The notes: generated from the sequence alone by a model not told the origin. Positions 30,631-41,148 are shown, counted from the first letter of the stretch. The stretch is 64,000 bases of DNA from Candidatus Melainabacteria bacterium (GCA_033763415.1 JANRKP010000029.1:148413-212412); one strand, 5' to 3'. Numbers and translations are program-made.

Positions 30631-32307
30631 TTGAGCGGTTTTTATAGGGCATTGTTGTTGGTGTCACCAAGTGGGTCTGCGCGTGATAGCATGACGGCCT
30701 GCCAACTGTGTAAAAAGGATGTTCTGACAATGGGCGTGACCCTCCTGCCACCCACCTACCCGGCAATGTCTGCACCAGGCAACGGCATGGGCGTGGCCCC
30801 ACCGCTGGCTTTAGGCAATTCGGCTGCAACTACGGCCGCAAACAACATTGTGCCCTTTCGGCAGCCCGCGCCACCGGCACCGTGGGCACAGCCGCCCCAG
30901 CGCGTGCAAAGCTTTACCTCTCCCAGTGGTACACCCATTCATCTGTACGTATTGGGTAACGGCCACCGTGTGCTGGTAGAACAACGCCCAACAGATGTCA
31001 TCAGCATGCGTACGTTCATCAACGCGGGTTCCATTAACGAAAACCCCATTTTCAGCAGCGGTTTGTACGGTCCCACGGGCAGTCCGTCTGGAATTGCACA
31101 CCTGGATGAGCACTGCCATTTCCTGACCACGCAGCATTTTCCGGTTAAGAACAGTTGGGTGGCCGCCGTGGAACAACTCGGCTCACAGCTCAACGCTTCA
31201 ACCGGGTATGAGGTGATTCAGCACGAGCTGTTTTTCAACAAGGAAGCCCTGCCGCAAATGATTCGCCTGCACGGCGAGGCGGTCATGCACCCGCTGTACA
31301 ACCGCGATTTACTGGTGCAAGAAAAACGAAACGTCCTCAACGAAGCGTCCGAGCGCACGGCCAGCCCGGAAGCCCAAATTTACAACAAAACCCTGGAACT
31401 TCTGTTTGATCGGCCCCACTTCCAGTCGTTGGGCGTTCGGCAAGACGTTATTAACACCAGCGCCGAGCAGTTACAGACCTTTTTTAACCGATACTACACG
31501 CCCACCAATATGCTTACCGTCATTTCCGGCGATGTAAACCCAGAGACCGTGGTTGCCCAACTGAACGAAGATTTTGGCAGCAACCCCAACCGGGGCGGGC
31601 CCAACAACGCGTCTCTCAAAATTGCGCTCAAGCCAGGAGAAATTCGTAGCGCCACGGTTTACGACCCGCAGTTAACCTACGGCGTGGTCAATCTAACGTT
31701 TCCAGCGCCCGGCAAAAACAACCTGAAAGATCGCGTGGCAATGGAGTGCTTGCTCACCCTGTTAAACGATGGCGCGTTGTCGTTGTTCCAGCGCTATTTG
31801 CAGGATCAGTGGAAGTTAGCAACCGAAGTCGGCGTGGAGTATATGCCCACCAAAACCGCCGGAATGGCACAAATTGGTTTCCACACCACCCCAGGAGACG
31901 AAAAACAGGCCTTGGGCGCAACCTTGGCCATACTCAAACGAATGAACGACAAGCCAATTTCTGCTGAAAAGCTGCAAGAGGTGAAAAATAAACTGCTTTA
32001 TGGCTACCAGCGGAGTTTAAACGATGCAGAGGTGGTCACAAGCCTGATGGGCTCTGAGGCGTTGACGGGTACGCTCACCTATTTTAATCATTACGCGGAC
32101 TTAGTGGGCAGTATTACCCCGGATGATATTCAGCGCGTGGCGCAACAGTACCTCAATCCGCAGTCTTACGTGTTGGTTTATGGCTTACCGGGTCCACAGC
32201 GCGCGCTTTCCAATACCACGGTGGTTCAGGGGCAGCCTCAACAGCCAAACGCATTTCAAACGGCCACCATTCCCACGGTGGTCTATCCAGTGGGAGGGCC
32301 AATGTAA
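30631..32307 (+). CDS. M16 (insulinase/pitrilysin) family peptidase-like protein
   Basis: Inverted zincin motif H-x-x-E-H in 'GIAHLDEHCHF' plus a downstream Glu-containing segment. The N-terminal start is uncertain. Confidence 0.6.
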   Translation: MSGFYRALLLVSPSGSARDSMTACQLCKKDVLTMGVTLLPPTYPAMSAPGNGMGVAPPLALGNSAATTAANNIVPFRQPAPPAPWAQPPQRVQSFTSPSGTPIHLYVLGNGHRVLVEQRPTDVISMRTFINAGSINENPIFSSGLYGPTGSPSGIAHLDEHCHFLTTQHFPVKNSWVAAVEQLGSQLNASTGYEVIQHELFFNKEALPQMIRLHGEAVMHPLYNRDLLVQEKRNVLNEASERTASPEAQIYNKTLELLFDRPHFQSLGVRQDVINTSAEQLQTFFNRYYTPTNMLTVISGDVNPETVVAQLNEDFGSNPNRGGPNNASLKIALKPGEIRSATVYDPQLTYGVVNLTFPAPGKNNLKDRVAMECLLTLLNDGALSLFQRYLQDQWKLATEVGVEYMPTKTAGMAQIGFHTTPGDEKQALGATLAILKRMNDKPISAEKLQEVKNKLLYGYQRSLNDAEVVTSLMGSEALTGTLTYFNHYADLVGSITPDDIQRVAQQYLNPQSYVLVYGLPGPQRALSNTTVVQGQPQQPNAFQTATIPTVVYPVGGPM

Positions 32308-33992
32308 TGGTAGGACTTCCCTCGGCTTCCGCTCCCTATTTCAACCAACCGGTCGTAGCACCACAAACGTTTAGCCCTCCTGTGGGTAGCTCCAATCCAT
32401 CTGTTACCGAAAATCCATTTATCGTAACGCCTGCTCCTGGCTATAACGCTTCGGCAGGCACTATGCCTTCTGCAGCCCCCAGCCTGTCGGACCGAATGAT
32501 TGGCATTCCCACGCCGCAAGCATTGCACAACGGCACGGCTGGCTACTTTCAGCAGGCCGCCAACCAGTATTACAGCAATCTCACCGTACTCATTCCCATC
32601 GATCAGCGCTTTATCGGCCCTCGGTTCCTGGTGCCCGAAATGCTGATAGACGGCTCTCCACAAACCAAGGAGCTGATGGAGCGCTGCGCCACTGAAGGCA
32701 TTGCGGTGGATGCGGGCGTGGCTGGCGACCAGATGGCCATTAATATTAACGGCCCCGCCGGTAAAGAGCGCGAGATGATCCAAGTGGCAATGGGTCTGCT
32801 GACCCGCCCGCAGGTGGATGGTTGGACGTTTCAGACCATTCAGCAAAACCTGCTCAAGGCGCTGGAAGAAACCCGCAACATGCCTGAAACTCCCCTGCAT
32901 GAAATGGTGGTTAAACAGCTCTACGGGGCCAACCACCCACTGGCCCACGCAACCGATGAGATTATCGGCGCCATTCGGCAAGCCACGCCACAGTCGGCCA
33001 TGGCCGTATACCAACAGGTGGTCAGTCAGCCACAAAACCTGAAACTAACCATGGTTTCCTCCTTGCCCGTGGATCAACAGGCGGTACTGGTCAACCAAGG
33101 CATTGCCCAGGCGGGCTGGTACACCAACCCGTTGGTTGCCAAAACCGTCCCGCCCAGCATTCCCATTCAGCAGTTAGGGCAAGGGCCCAGCCGCCCTGTG
33201 CTGGTGCCCAGCGAAGCCTTGGACCGGGCACACGTGATTAAAAGCTGGTTGGCTCCAACCGTTGGAGACCCGGACTATGCCTCTTTTGTGCTGTTAACCA
33301 AAATGCTCGGCGGTATGACGGGTGGATTTTTCCGCATTATGCGTACGGAACGCGGCCTGGTGTATAGCACGCAACAGTCCTACACGCCACACCAAAATGG
33401 CGCCTCCTACAAAGTGATGGCCCAGGTGGACTACGACAAAATTCCGCAAGCCCTCGAAGGCCTTAAACAAGCCGTGCAAGAAGTGGTTACCCAGCCGATT
33501 GCCCCCGAAGTGCTAGAGAAAGTAAAGCAAAAGTATCTGGTGGATTTACGGGCCGCCAAACAGAGTTCCGAAGGGATTGCGGGGCTCAGTTTACCCTGGT
33601 TGGTCAATGGCAAAGACCCCAAGCATCCTGCGGATCTGGAAAATCAAATCAAGGCCGTCACCGCAGACGACATTCGCCGGGTGGCACTACGGGTGTTTGG
33701 CCCCAGCGGTTATGAAGTCATTGGCATCTCTGCCCCACAAGCCATTTTGCAGCAAGCTTTCCCAGGCTACCCGCTCACCAACAGGCCTGGCAACCCAACA
33801 TCAGCTACTGGCGGGTTCATTCGCAATAACATTGCGCCGTTCCAACGACCACCCGCCCAAGTAAGCATTCCGCCCAGCCCACCTGCGCCCAACAACCAGC
33901 AGGCCCCCCTTGGGTTACCGGCTGCAACTGCGCTACCACTAGGCTATCTGCCGGTTGGCGGTTACGGAAACCCAAGCCCTGCACAGCCATAA
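32307..33992 (+). CDS. M16 family peptidase-like protein (probable non-catalytic partner), Pro-rich termini
   Basis: Paralogous architecture to the upstream gene with no HxxEH motif. Start and stop are coupled (ATGG at 32304..32307). Confidence 0.5.
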   Translation: MVGLPSASAPYFNQPVVAPQTFSPPVGSSNPSVTENPFIVTPAPGYNASAGTMPSAAPSLSDRMIGIPTPQALHNGTAGYFQQAANQYYSNLTVLIPIDQRFIGPRFLVPEMLIDGSPQTKELMERCATEGIAVDAGVAGDQMAININGPAGKEREMIQVAMGLLTRPQVDGWTFQTIQQNLLKALEETRNMPETPLHEMVVKQLYGANHPLAHATDEIIGAIRQATPQSAMAVYQQVVSQPQNLKLTMVSSLPVDQQAVLVNQGIAQAGWYTNPLVAKTVPPSIPIQQLGQGPSRPVLVPSEALDRAHVIKSWLAPTVGDPDYASFVLLTKMLGGMTGGFFRIMRTERGLVYSTQQSYTPHQNGASYKVMAQVDYDKIPQALEGLKQAVQEVVTQPIAPEVLEKVKQKYLVDLRAAKQSSEGIAGLSLPWLVNGKDPKHPADLENQIKAVTADDIRRVALRVFGPSGYEVIGISAPQAILQQAFPGYPLTNRPGNPTSATGGFIRNNIAPFQRPPAQVSIPPSPPAPNNQQAPLGLPAATALPLGYLPVGGYGNPSPAQP

Positions 33993-34062
33993 AAGCCCGC
34001 ACGATTTTTTCGTATCCTGTCCATGACCCTCCTTTCAGGTTAACCGCATCATCAGGAAAGAG

Positions 34063-34635
34063 TTGACAATGAACCGCCTCGGCCCACCAGCACCCTCCAG
34101 CCAACATCCGTCCGCATCTGCCCAGCTACGTTTTAGCGCGCTCGATCCCAGTACGGTGCACACGGGAGACTGGCTCAGTCGTCCCAACCACCTGTACCGA
34201 GCCAACGAAGTCGAAGATCCCGCCTATCACGTGAGTGATACCGTCTATTTCCAGGTCACGGTGCCGCCCAAACACGACCCCGTTGAAGACAACCCCAACT
34301 ACCAACACCGCTGGATTGCCAAAGGCCGCTACTTTAACACCAACGGCGAACCCATTCACCATCAGCCGGAAGATTACCAGGCGTTTTTTGTCGATCCGGC
34401 CACCGGAATGGACCCCGAAGTCTCGCGAATTCCAGAACCCGCCTTTGCCAAGCGTGCCCAAACCCTAACGCCCGAACCCACGGAAGGCATTGCCCCCTTT
34501 TTACAGCATTTTAAAACCGCAATAGGGTTGCTGCTCAGCCTTGGCCTTGCAATGGGTCTTCTGTTCGGGCTACTGCTACGCAGTACGGGCAACACCACCG
34601 CCACGACAGCCACCCCAGAAAACCCGGCAGCTTAA
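34063..34635 (+). CDS. hypothetical protein with C-terminal TM anchor
   Basis: ORF, followed by a strong terminator. Confidence 0.35.
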   Translation: MTMNRLGPPAPSSQHPSASAQLRFSALDPSTVHTGDWLSRPNHLYRANEVEDPAYHVSDTVYFQVTVPPKHDPVEDNPNYQHRWIAKGRYFNTNGEPIHHQPEDYQAFFVDPATGMDPEVSRIPEPAFAKRAQTLTPEPTEGIAPFLQHFKTAIGLLLSLGLAMGLLFGLLLRSTGNTTATTATPENPAA

Positions 34636-34670
34636 AGGCATCCAGGACACCAACAGCTTGAGGATCACAC

Positions 34671-34703
34671 AAAAACACCGCTGTAAATTCAGCGGTGTTT
34701 TTT
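34671..34703. terminator. bidirectional rho-independent terminator
   Basis: 10-bp perfect stem aacaccgctg/cagcggtgtt (34674..34683 / 34690..34699) with a 6-nt loop, flanked by an A5 run upstream and a T6 run downstream. It serves the convergent genes 34063..34635 (+) and rpsR (-). Confidence 0.8.
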
Positions 34704-34773
34704 ATTGAGCTTGAAAAAACTTTTGCCGATCGCCCAGGATCAAAAACCCGGCAAGGAACGCTTGCGATAGTTT

Positions 34774-34998
34774 CTATGCGCCTTCCAGCGTAAACGGCAA
34801 CAGACCGGCAGCCCGAGCCTGTTTAACTGCACGCGCCAACTGACGCTGATAGCGAGCGCTCACGCCCGTAATACGGCGAGGCAAAATCTTACCCCGATCG
34901 GTTAGAAAGCGCTTCAGTAAGTTTGCGTCTTTGTAATCGATATAAGGAATTTTGTTGGCCAGGAAGTAACAGCGTTTTTTCGGACGATCAGAAGCCAT
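34774..34998 (-). CDS. rpsR: 30S ribosomal protein S18
   Basis: '[63 protein letters not shown]' is near-consensus S18. ATG at 34998. Confidence 0.92.
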   Translation of the reverse strand: MASDRPKKRCYFLANKIPYIDYKDANLLKRFLTDRGKILPRRITGVSARYQRQLARAVKQARAAGLLPFTLEGA

Positions 34999-35243
34999 GG
35001 AACACACTCTTGTTGGTTGTTGCTACAAACAGGCAATAAACACCTTGCGACAAGCTTAACATCTTATCGTTTGGGTAGTGTAAAAGGAAGATGCGTTTCG
35101 GTCAAGCCAACCGAGACAATCCACACGATAAGACCACCAGAGAAGACTACCGGGCCCCGTAGCCGGTCAAAAAACTGGTTTTCCCGGTCAAAACTGGTTT
35201 TCAAAGGGCATTAGGCCGTGTCGGCATTCAATGTTTTCGCAGC

Positions 35244-37604
35244 CTAAGGGGCCGATGACTGTACCGATGAAGGGGCCGTGTCAGACTCAGAAGCAGGCGG
35301 CGGGAGAGACGCGTCATCGTGTTGGGCGCCCACTTGGTTTCTACCAGCCTCCTTGGCCCGGTACAAACCTTGGTCGGCAAACTCAATCAGTTCCGTGGGG
35401 CTGCCGCCGTGGCTGGGGTAGGTGGCCACCCCAACACTAATGGTTACATTTTTATTGACATTCGGAGCAATCGGGTAGGCTTCTTCGGCCACCAAACGCA
35501 CCACTTTACGAGCCACTTCCAGTGCTTCCGCCTCGTTGGCCCTATCTAGCACAATGGCCATTTCTTCGCCCCCGTAGCGGGCCACCAAGTCGTCGCTTCG
35601 CACAGAATTTTCCAGCTTGCGGGCCACGTGGCGCAGCACCTCATCGCCCGCCTGATGACCATATGTATCGTTAAACTTTTTAAAGAAGTCGATATCAATC
35701 AGCATTAACGAGAATTTGCTACCACCCCGTTCGGCCTTTTGAATAGCCCGTTGCATATACTCCTGAAAGTAACGATGGTTGTAGAGGCCGGTCAAACCAT
35801 CGGTAGTGGCCAGCTTGTACGTGCGCTCGTAGTCCCTGTCTCTGCTAATGTACTTCACCATATAGGTAAACGTGGTGGTTAGCACCAGGCACACCACCGG
35901 CATTGCAATATCCAGCCACAGCAGGTTGTGCTTAAACAGCAGTACGGTAATGGAAATATAAATGGCCGCCACCAAAAAAGCGGCAAACAGCCCCATTAAG
36001 GCAGAACGCATGCGAATAATGGCCAACGCGCTGAGCAAACAAATGACACCGGAAATCAAAATGTTGTTCGTAGGGTCCAGCCGGTGAATAAAGCCCGCAT
36101 TTTGGTATAAATTGTCAAACAGGGTGGCTTGCAACACCACGCCCGGCAAAATCCGGGAAATGGGCGTGGTTTTAATATCAAAACTGGCAACCGCCGTGGT
36201 TCCCACAAAAATGATCTTATCCTTAAACAGCGCCAACAGTTGCTGATCCCGCTCCGTTGGCTGGCCTGCCTTGGCGTGTCGGATGGCTTTCAACACCTCG
36301 GCGGCAGAAATAATGGGGTACGGCTTGGGTTCAAAATGCTGCTTAAGGGCCTGGCGCACCTGCTCCATCATGCGCTCCACATCCACCAATTCTTTTTGTA
36401 GCAGGGTATTGCCGGGGTTTTGCTGCAAGCGCGCCTGCAACTGCTGATGGTAGGGCTCCAACTCTTGCGTCAGATAGTGCCGGTAAGACTGTTCATCCAC
36501 ATTGACGTTGTACCAGTTGATAATAAGCTGGCCATCGCGGGTCAGGGGCAAATCCCGATCGAGAAAGCGCAAGCGGCCCTTTTCCGTCAGGGTAAACAAT
36601 GGGTCCGTGTGCGCGGATGGGGGGGCTTTGCCAGCGGCCGGTTTGGCAGAAACTTGCTTCAAGCGCTGTTCTTCCAAGGCCAATTCCGTCACCAGCTTCA
36701 GGGTAAAGTGCGGCATGTGGACCTCTGTGGGCCTTTCCAGCAGGGCTCCCGCCGGGGTTAGTAGTAGTCCGCGTTTTGGGTCAACCCGTCGGCCCGACTG
36801 ATCCTGCCAAATGGTTTGGCCTTGAGCCGTTTTTACGGCCCGAAACGGCCTGGCCCGACTCTCAACAGGCACCGTGGTTTTCAGGCGAAAAATAAGCGGG
36901 TTCGAGCGGCTCACGCCATCATCATCTCGGCTGTGGTTTACCACCGCCAGCCGGTGGCCTGTCTCGTAAAAGCCCGCCATCACCGGACGAAAATTGTTGT
37001 AAGTAATGTACTTGTCCGTGTAAAAACCATCGGCGCCCGTTAGCGGACGACTTTGCCTGGGCTTCATTTGGTTATCCAGTCGCAAGGCCATTGGCTGAAT
37101 ACGCGCCATATCGCTGGCCGTAATCTGGCGATCGTTTTCCTGGTTCTCGTACTTGTAGTTATCCAAATTCATACCCAAATACACGTTTCGATACTTGGCA
37201 AAGGCGTCCACCAGTCGTCGATCGTCGCCCTCAGATCCGCGCCGGTTGGCGATAAACAAAATATCGTAGGCAATCATACGCGCCCCAGCCCGCTCAAAGT
37301 ATTCGATCATTTCCGCATGCAGGCTGCGCGGCCAGGGCCAGGTGCCATATTCGGGCTCATACAGGTAGAGGGTGGGGTCGTCAAAGGCCACAATCACAAT
37401 ATCTTTGCTGGGCTGGCGCTCAATATCGCCTAGTTTCAGCGCCATTCGCAAATCAAAGGTCTTTCGCTCAAAATCTTCAATGAGTTGAGGAATGTTAAAC
37501 CGGTTAGAGAGCACAAACAGCGTAAACGCAATGAGTAAGGACAGGCCCAGCACAATCAACTGGTTGGCTCGGCGCGGTCGTTTTTTATTTTGCTCTGTGG
37601 CCAT
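35244..37604 (-). CDS. CHASE2 sensor domain-containing diguanylate cyclase (GGDEF; active-site variant GGEEM)
   Basis: N-terminal TM, a roughly 350-aa periplasmic CHASE2-like region, 3 TM helices, then a GGDEF domain ('TDGLTGLYNHRYF...IDIDFFKKFNDTYGHQAGDEVL...RYGGEEMAIVL'). Confidence 0.82.
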   Translation of the reverse strand: MATEQNKKRPRRANQLIVLGLSLLIAFTLFVLSNRFNIPQLIEDFERKTFDLRMALKLGDIERQPSKDIVIVAFDDPTLYLYEPEYGTWPWPRSLHAEMIEYFERAGARMIAYDILFIANRRGSEGDDRRLVDAFAKYRNVYLGMNLDNYKYENQENDRQITASDMARIQPMALRLDNQMKPRQSRPLTGADGFYTDKYITYNNFRPVMAGFYETGHRLAVVNHSRDDDGVSRSNPLIFRLKTTVPVESRARPFRAVKTAQGQTIWQDQSGRRVDPKRGLLLTPAGALLERPTEVHMPHFTLKLVTELALEEQRLKQVSAKPAAGKAPPSAHTDPLFTLTEKGRLRFLDRDLPLTRDGQLIINWYNVNVDEQSYRHYLTQELEPYHQQLQARLQQNPGNTLLQKELVDVERMMEQVRQALKQHFEPKPYPIISAAEVLKAIRHAKAGQPTERDQQLLALFKDKIIFVGTTAVASFDIKTTPISRILPGVVLQATLFDNLYQNAGFIHRLDPTNNILISGVICLLSALAIIRMRSALMGLFAAFLVAAIYISITVLLFKHNLLWLDIAMPVVCLVLTTTFTYMVKYISRDRDYERTYKLATTDGLTGLYNHRYFQEYMQRAIQKAERGGSKFSLMLIDIDFFKKFNDTYGHQAGDEVLRHVARKLENSVRSDDLVARYGGEEMAIVLDRANEAEALEVARKVVRLVAEEAYPIAPNVNKNVTISVGVATYPSHGGSPTELIEFADQGLYRAKEAGRNQVGAQHDDASLPPPASESDTAPSSVQSSAP

Positions 37605-37866
37605 GCCAACTCCCCGATGAATGGCTTACGGTTTTGGGTGTCCGGCGCACGCAACACGCCTGATAAGATCTCTCGTCCGCCAGCAACAAAACTGGAACGC
37701 TCCGCTTAGAGATTGTGACGCTTTGAAACACGTTATGGGCTTTGTGCCAATGCGCTTTGCTATACCACCTTACGAGAGAACCCCGGGTGGAGAGAATCCT
37801 TCCGACAGATGAACTTATACAAAAAGTGGGCCGCCTTGCCCTACACCCACGGCAAGGGCCAGCGGC

Positions 37867-39036
37867 TTACCAGCAATAGCGTTCTCGCCACAAACTGCCC
37901 AACAGCAAAATGGCCAAAGCCACAGCCGATAGTACAAAGCTCAACTCTATCTCCCGATCCTGATACCGAAGCGACTGCTGCTGCACTTGGGCATACACAC
38001 TGTCAAAATCCTGCGGACGAAGCACCCTGAAGAAACGACCACGGGCCAAGCGGGCAATTTCCCGCAAGGTAGCCTCGCTAAAAGTAACCGGCAACCATTG
38101 CCCCTGGTATTCAATCAGGGTGGGTTCATCCGTACCCACGGCCACCGTGTGCACGGGTACTCCTGCTTGCCTCGCCTGCATAGCGGCCACATCCCACGGA
38201 TAGCCCTCGCGACTGTCGCCATCGCTAATCAGCACCATCACCTTGCCCGGCAACTTCGCGCTACTTTCGGGTGGAAGGGTCGAAGGCGTGGAGTCCTCAG
38301 GCGCCATTTCGGGCAACACGGACCACTCTTGCAGCGGCGGTAACTCTGTCTGGATTGGAACCTCCATCGCCCTCAAGGAAGCCATCATTGCACCGCCAAT
38401 GGCCGTCTTGGGCTCCAGCATCCGTCGGTTTAGCCCAGACAAGGCCCGCACCAAAGTAAGACGATCTCGGGTGGGCGGACTCAGCACATAGCTATTTTCC
38501 GCAAAAACGGTAAGCCCCACCCGCACCGAACGCGGCACACTTTGCACAAAAGCCATGGCCGCTTGCTTTGCCGCTGTAATTCGGTCCGGCGCAACATCTT
38601 CCGCCATCATGCTCAAGGAAATATCGAGCACCAGCATTACATCCACGGCATTTTCCGGCACACGGGCCAGCAGCGCAGGCCGAGACACCGCCCCTACCAA
38701 CAACACCACACACACGGAAGCACACACCGGCCACAGCAAACGAGAAAACCCTCGGGGTTGTTTCCGAATGGCGGCAAGCAAGCTGGCTGCGCCAAACACC
38801 ATAGCCCCATCCAGGCGAGCTTTGCACAAACCAACATAAAGCCGCCACCAAAGCGGCAGTAACAGTAACAGCAGCCAGGCCCACGGCCAACGAATCACCC
38901 AGCCCGTGATGCGAAGATCGCCCGCAGTGTTACCAAGAGCAAGCCAAGACAGGCCACTACTGAGCCCCAACCAAGAAAAAGCCGACGCAAAAAACGCCAG
39001 TAAAACGGCCCAAAAACTTTCCAACATCTCCAGCAT
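37867..39036 (-). CDS. von Willebrand factor A domain membrane protein (BatA-like)
   Basis: TM helices then vWA MIDAS 'DVMLVLDISLSMMAEDVAPDRI'. Its start overlaps the upstream stop by 1 nt (TGATG at 39034..39038). Track ORF over-extended. Confidence 0.8.
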   Translation of the reverse strand: MLEMLESFWAVLLAFFASAFSWLGLSSGLSWLALGNTAGDLRITGWVIRWPWAWLLLLLLPLWWRLYVGLCKARLDGAMVFGAASLLAAIRKQPRGFSRLLWPVCASVCVVLLVGAVSRPALLARVPENAVDVMLVLDISLSMMAEDVAPDRITAAKQAAMAFVQSVPRSVRVGLTVFAENSYVLSPPTRDRLTLVRALSGLNRRMLEPKTAIGGAMMASLRAMEVPIQTELPPLQEWSVLPEMAPEDSTPSTLPPESSAKLPGKVMVLISDGDSREGYPWDVAAMQARQAGVPVHTVAVGTDEPTLIEYQGQWLPVTFSEATLREIARLARGRFFRVLRPQDFDSVYAQVQQQSLRYQDREIELSFVLSAVALAILLLGSLWRERYCW

Positions 39037-40119
39037 CAACCAGCCCTCCGCTGAAGGCCCAAGCACTGCATCACCCCGGCAACAACGCCTATTGGTGAAC
39101 GGTTGGCGCCCACAGGCATTAGCAGAGAGGCCGCGCCCAATCGGCTTAACAACACTGCCCAACGGGCTTGCCGATCTTGCACTTCGGCCTGCATGTGCGC
39201 CAAAACCTGCTCAGCCGTCCCCTCCACCCAAACAAGCGTTCCCTGTTCCGGGTCCTGTAGGGGAAGGCCTATTTTTTTAGGCTGGTTTTTAAAGTCCGCT
39301 GCGCCCCAACCCGCCGCAACGGGGGCTTGCAACAGCAGCCAAAGCCAATCAATCCCCCGGCCCGGCGGAGAAACGGACGACAGCACCTCAAAAGCCAAAT
39401 CGGGCCAATGCATCCCATCGGTTAACAACAAAACCCGCGCCCCAGGCGTCGCCTTCAGTATGGCAACCCAGCGTTTCGTCAGCTCAAGCCAATACGCCGC
39501 CGCATCAAAAAATGCGGGGGCAGGCAACGCAGCCACAGAGGCGGACCGAACTACTGCCCGTAAGGCGTGCTGAATGCGGGCACGCTGCCCAGCGCCAGTG
39601 GCGGGTTGAATCAATACATCGGGCGTACCGGGGTGCGTAAACACCAACAAGCCCACCTGTGCGCACTGGTTTAACAGGTTCTCGGCCAACGTGGAGGCCA
39701 GCTCACAGGCATACACCGCGTTGGAAAAAGCTTTTTCCGCGCCCTGCATGGAGGGAGACGCATCCACAAACAGCCAAACCGTGGGCCGGGTTTCCTCCTG
39801 GTAGCGGCGCACGTAGGGGGTGAGGGTTCGGGCCAACACATTCCAGTCCAGCGCCCGCACATCATCGCCGGGTTGGTACGGCTGCAAGCGATCAAATTCC
39901 AAGCCCTGGCCCAAACGACGCGTGGCCCGACCCTCCATCGGCAAACGGGCTGTGGCTGTAGTAAATGGCAATGGTTCCGGCAACAAACCCGCTTCAGTTG
40001 GGGCCAACAACTGCGCCAAACACGCTTCCACGTAGGCCGCCGGTTGCCACAGCACCAACCACGCCTGCTTTAACTGAGCCAACCCCTTTTCAAACAAAAT
40101 CCGGCGCCTCTCACGCATT
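39036..40119 (-). CDS. DUF58 domain protein
   Basis: DUF58 signature 'GLEFDRLQPYQPGDDVRALDWNVLART'. True ATG at 40119..40117, inside an ATGCGTGA overlap with the MoxR stop. The 100-codon Cys/Trp/Arg-rich N-terminal extension in the track ORF is out-of-gene read-through. Confidence 0.78.
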
Positions 40120-41148
40120 GACAGAGGAACGCGTTGTAGCAATCGAGCCGTGCTCCTGCCACAGGCTCTCCAGCAGCGCTTCCACCGTGTGGCCCGCGGC
40201 CAACCCCTGGTAGGAGATCCACACCCGATGCCGCAAGCAATCCAGTAAAACAGCGCGCAGATCTTCTGGCAGCACATAGGTTCGCCCCTGCAACAGAGCC
40301 AACGCCTTACTGGCGCTGGCCAAAGCCAAACTCCCCCGTGGAGAGGCCCCTGCGTGAATAAACCGCTCCAAGCCACCAGGCAGCGGCACGCGCCCGCGTG
40401 TTGCCTGCACCACCTGAACAATCGTCGCCATCATCGCCGGGTCCAGATACACCTGCTGCACCTGCTGGGCAATGGTGGCCAACGCATCGGCAGAAACAAT
40501 CCCGACGGGCGGCGCTGCAACCGCAACACCTCCTTCGCCCACGCGCTGCAAAATAGCCAACTCCGCAACGGAATCGGGATAATCGACCAGCAGCTTGAAC
40601 AAAAAGCGATCCAACTGAGCTTCAGGCAACGGGTAGGTCCCTTCGGATTCCAGCGGGTTTTGTGTGGCCATAACCAAAAAAGGTTTTGGCAGCACAAAGG
40701 TTTCGTGGCCCAGGGTTACCTGGCCTTCCTGCATGGCTTCCAACAGGGCGCTTTGCACTTTGGCGGGTGCCCGGTTAATTTCATCGGCCAGTACAAAGTG
40801 GGTAAAAATAGGCCCCGGCTCTGTTGTAAACTGACCATTGGCCGGGTTGTAAATGCGGGTGCCCACCACGTCGGATGGCAACAAATCCGGCGTGAACTGA
40901 ATGCGCTTAAACCCCAAAGACAACACCTGGGCCAAAGTTTTTAGCATTAGGGTTTTGGCCAACCCGGGGGCGCCTTCCACCAGCACGTGGCCGTGTACCA
41001 TCACGGCCATCAGCAAGCGCTCCATTAAGGCATCCTGGCCCACAATCACTTTTTTCATCTCATAGCGCACCCGCTCCAGCAGTTGGCGGGTCTGCTCTGC
41101 CTGGGTTTCGGTCAGTGGGTTACGATCGGAGGAAGCGGATGCGTTCAT
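40111..41148 (-). CDS. MoxR-family AAA+ ATPase
   Basis: Walker A 'GAPGLAKT', Walker B 'LLADEINRAP', 345 aa; the size and architecture match the MoxR family. Confidence 0.9.
   Translation of the reverse strand: MNASASSDRNPLTETQAEQTRQLLERVRYEMKKVIVGQDALMERLLMAVMVHGHVLVEGAPGLAKTLMLKTLAQVLSLGFKRIQFTPDLLPSDVVGTRIYNPANGQFTTEPGPIFTHFVLADEINRAPAKVQSALLEAMQEGQVTLGHETFVLPKPFLVMATQNPLESEGTYPLPEAQLDRFLFKLLVDYPDSVAELAILQRVGEGGVAVAAPPVGIVSADALATIAQQVQQVYLDPAMMATIVQVVQATRGRVPLPGGLERFIHAGASPRGSLALASASKALALLQGRTYVLPEDLRAVLLDCLRHRVWISYQGLAAGHTVEALLESLWQEHGSIATTRSSVNA

Noticed and set aside
35008-35243. Possible rpmG (L33) upstream of rpsR
   Set aside because: I translated the minus strand of the 236-bp gap in all frames and found no L33-like Cys-rich zinc-ribbon peptide. 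It contains only direct repeats.
39036-40421. Long Cys/Trp/Arg-rich N-terminal extension of the DUF58 ORF, and the similar extension on the vWA ORF (37867..39162)
   Set aside because: It is produced by read-through into the preceding gene in another frame. Internal ATGs giving exact start/stop coupling (40119 and 39036) are far more plausible.
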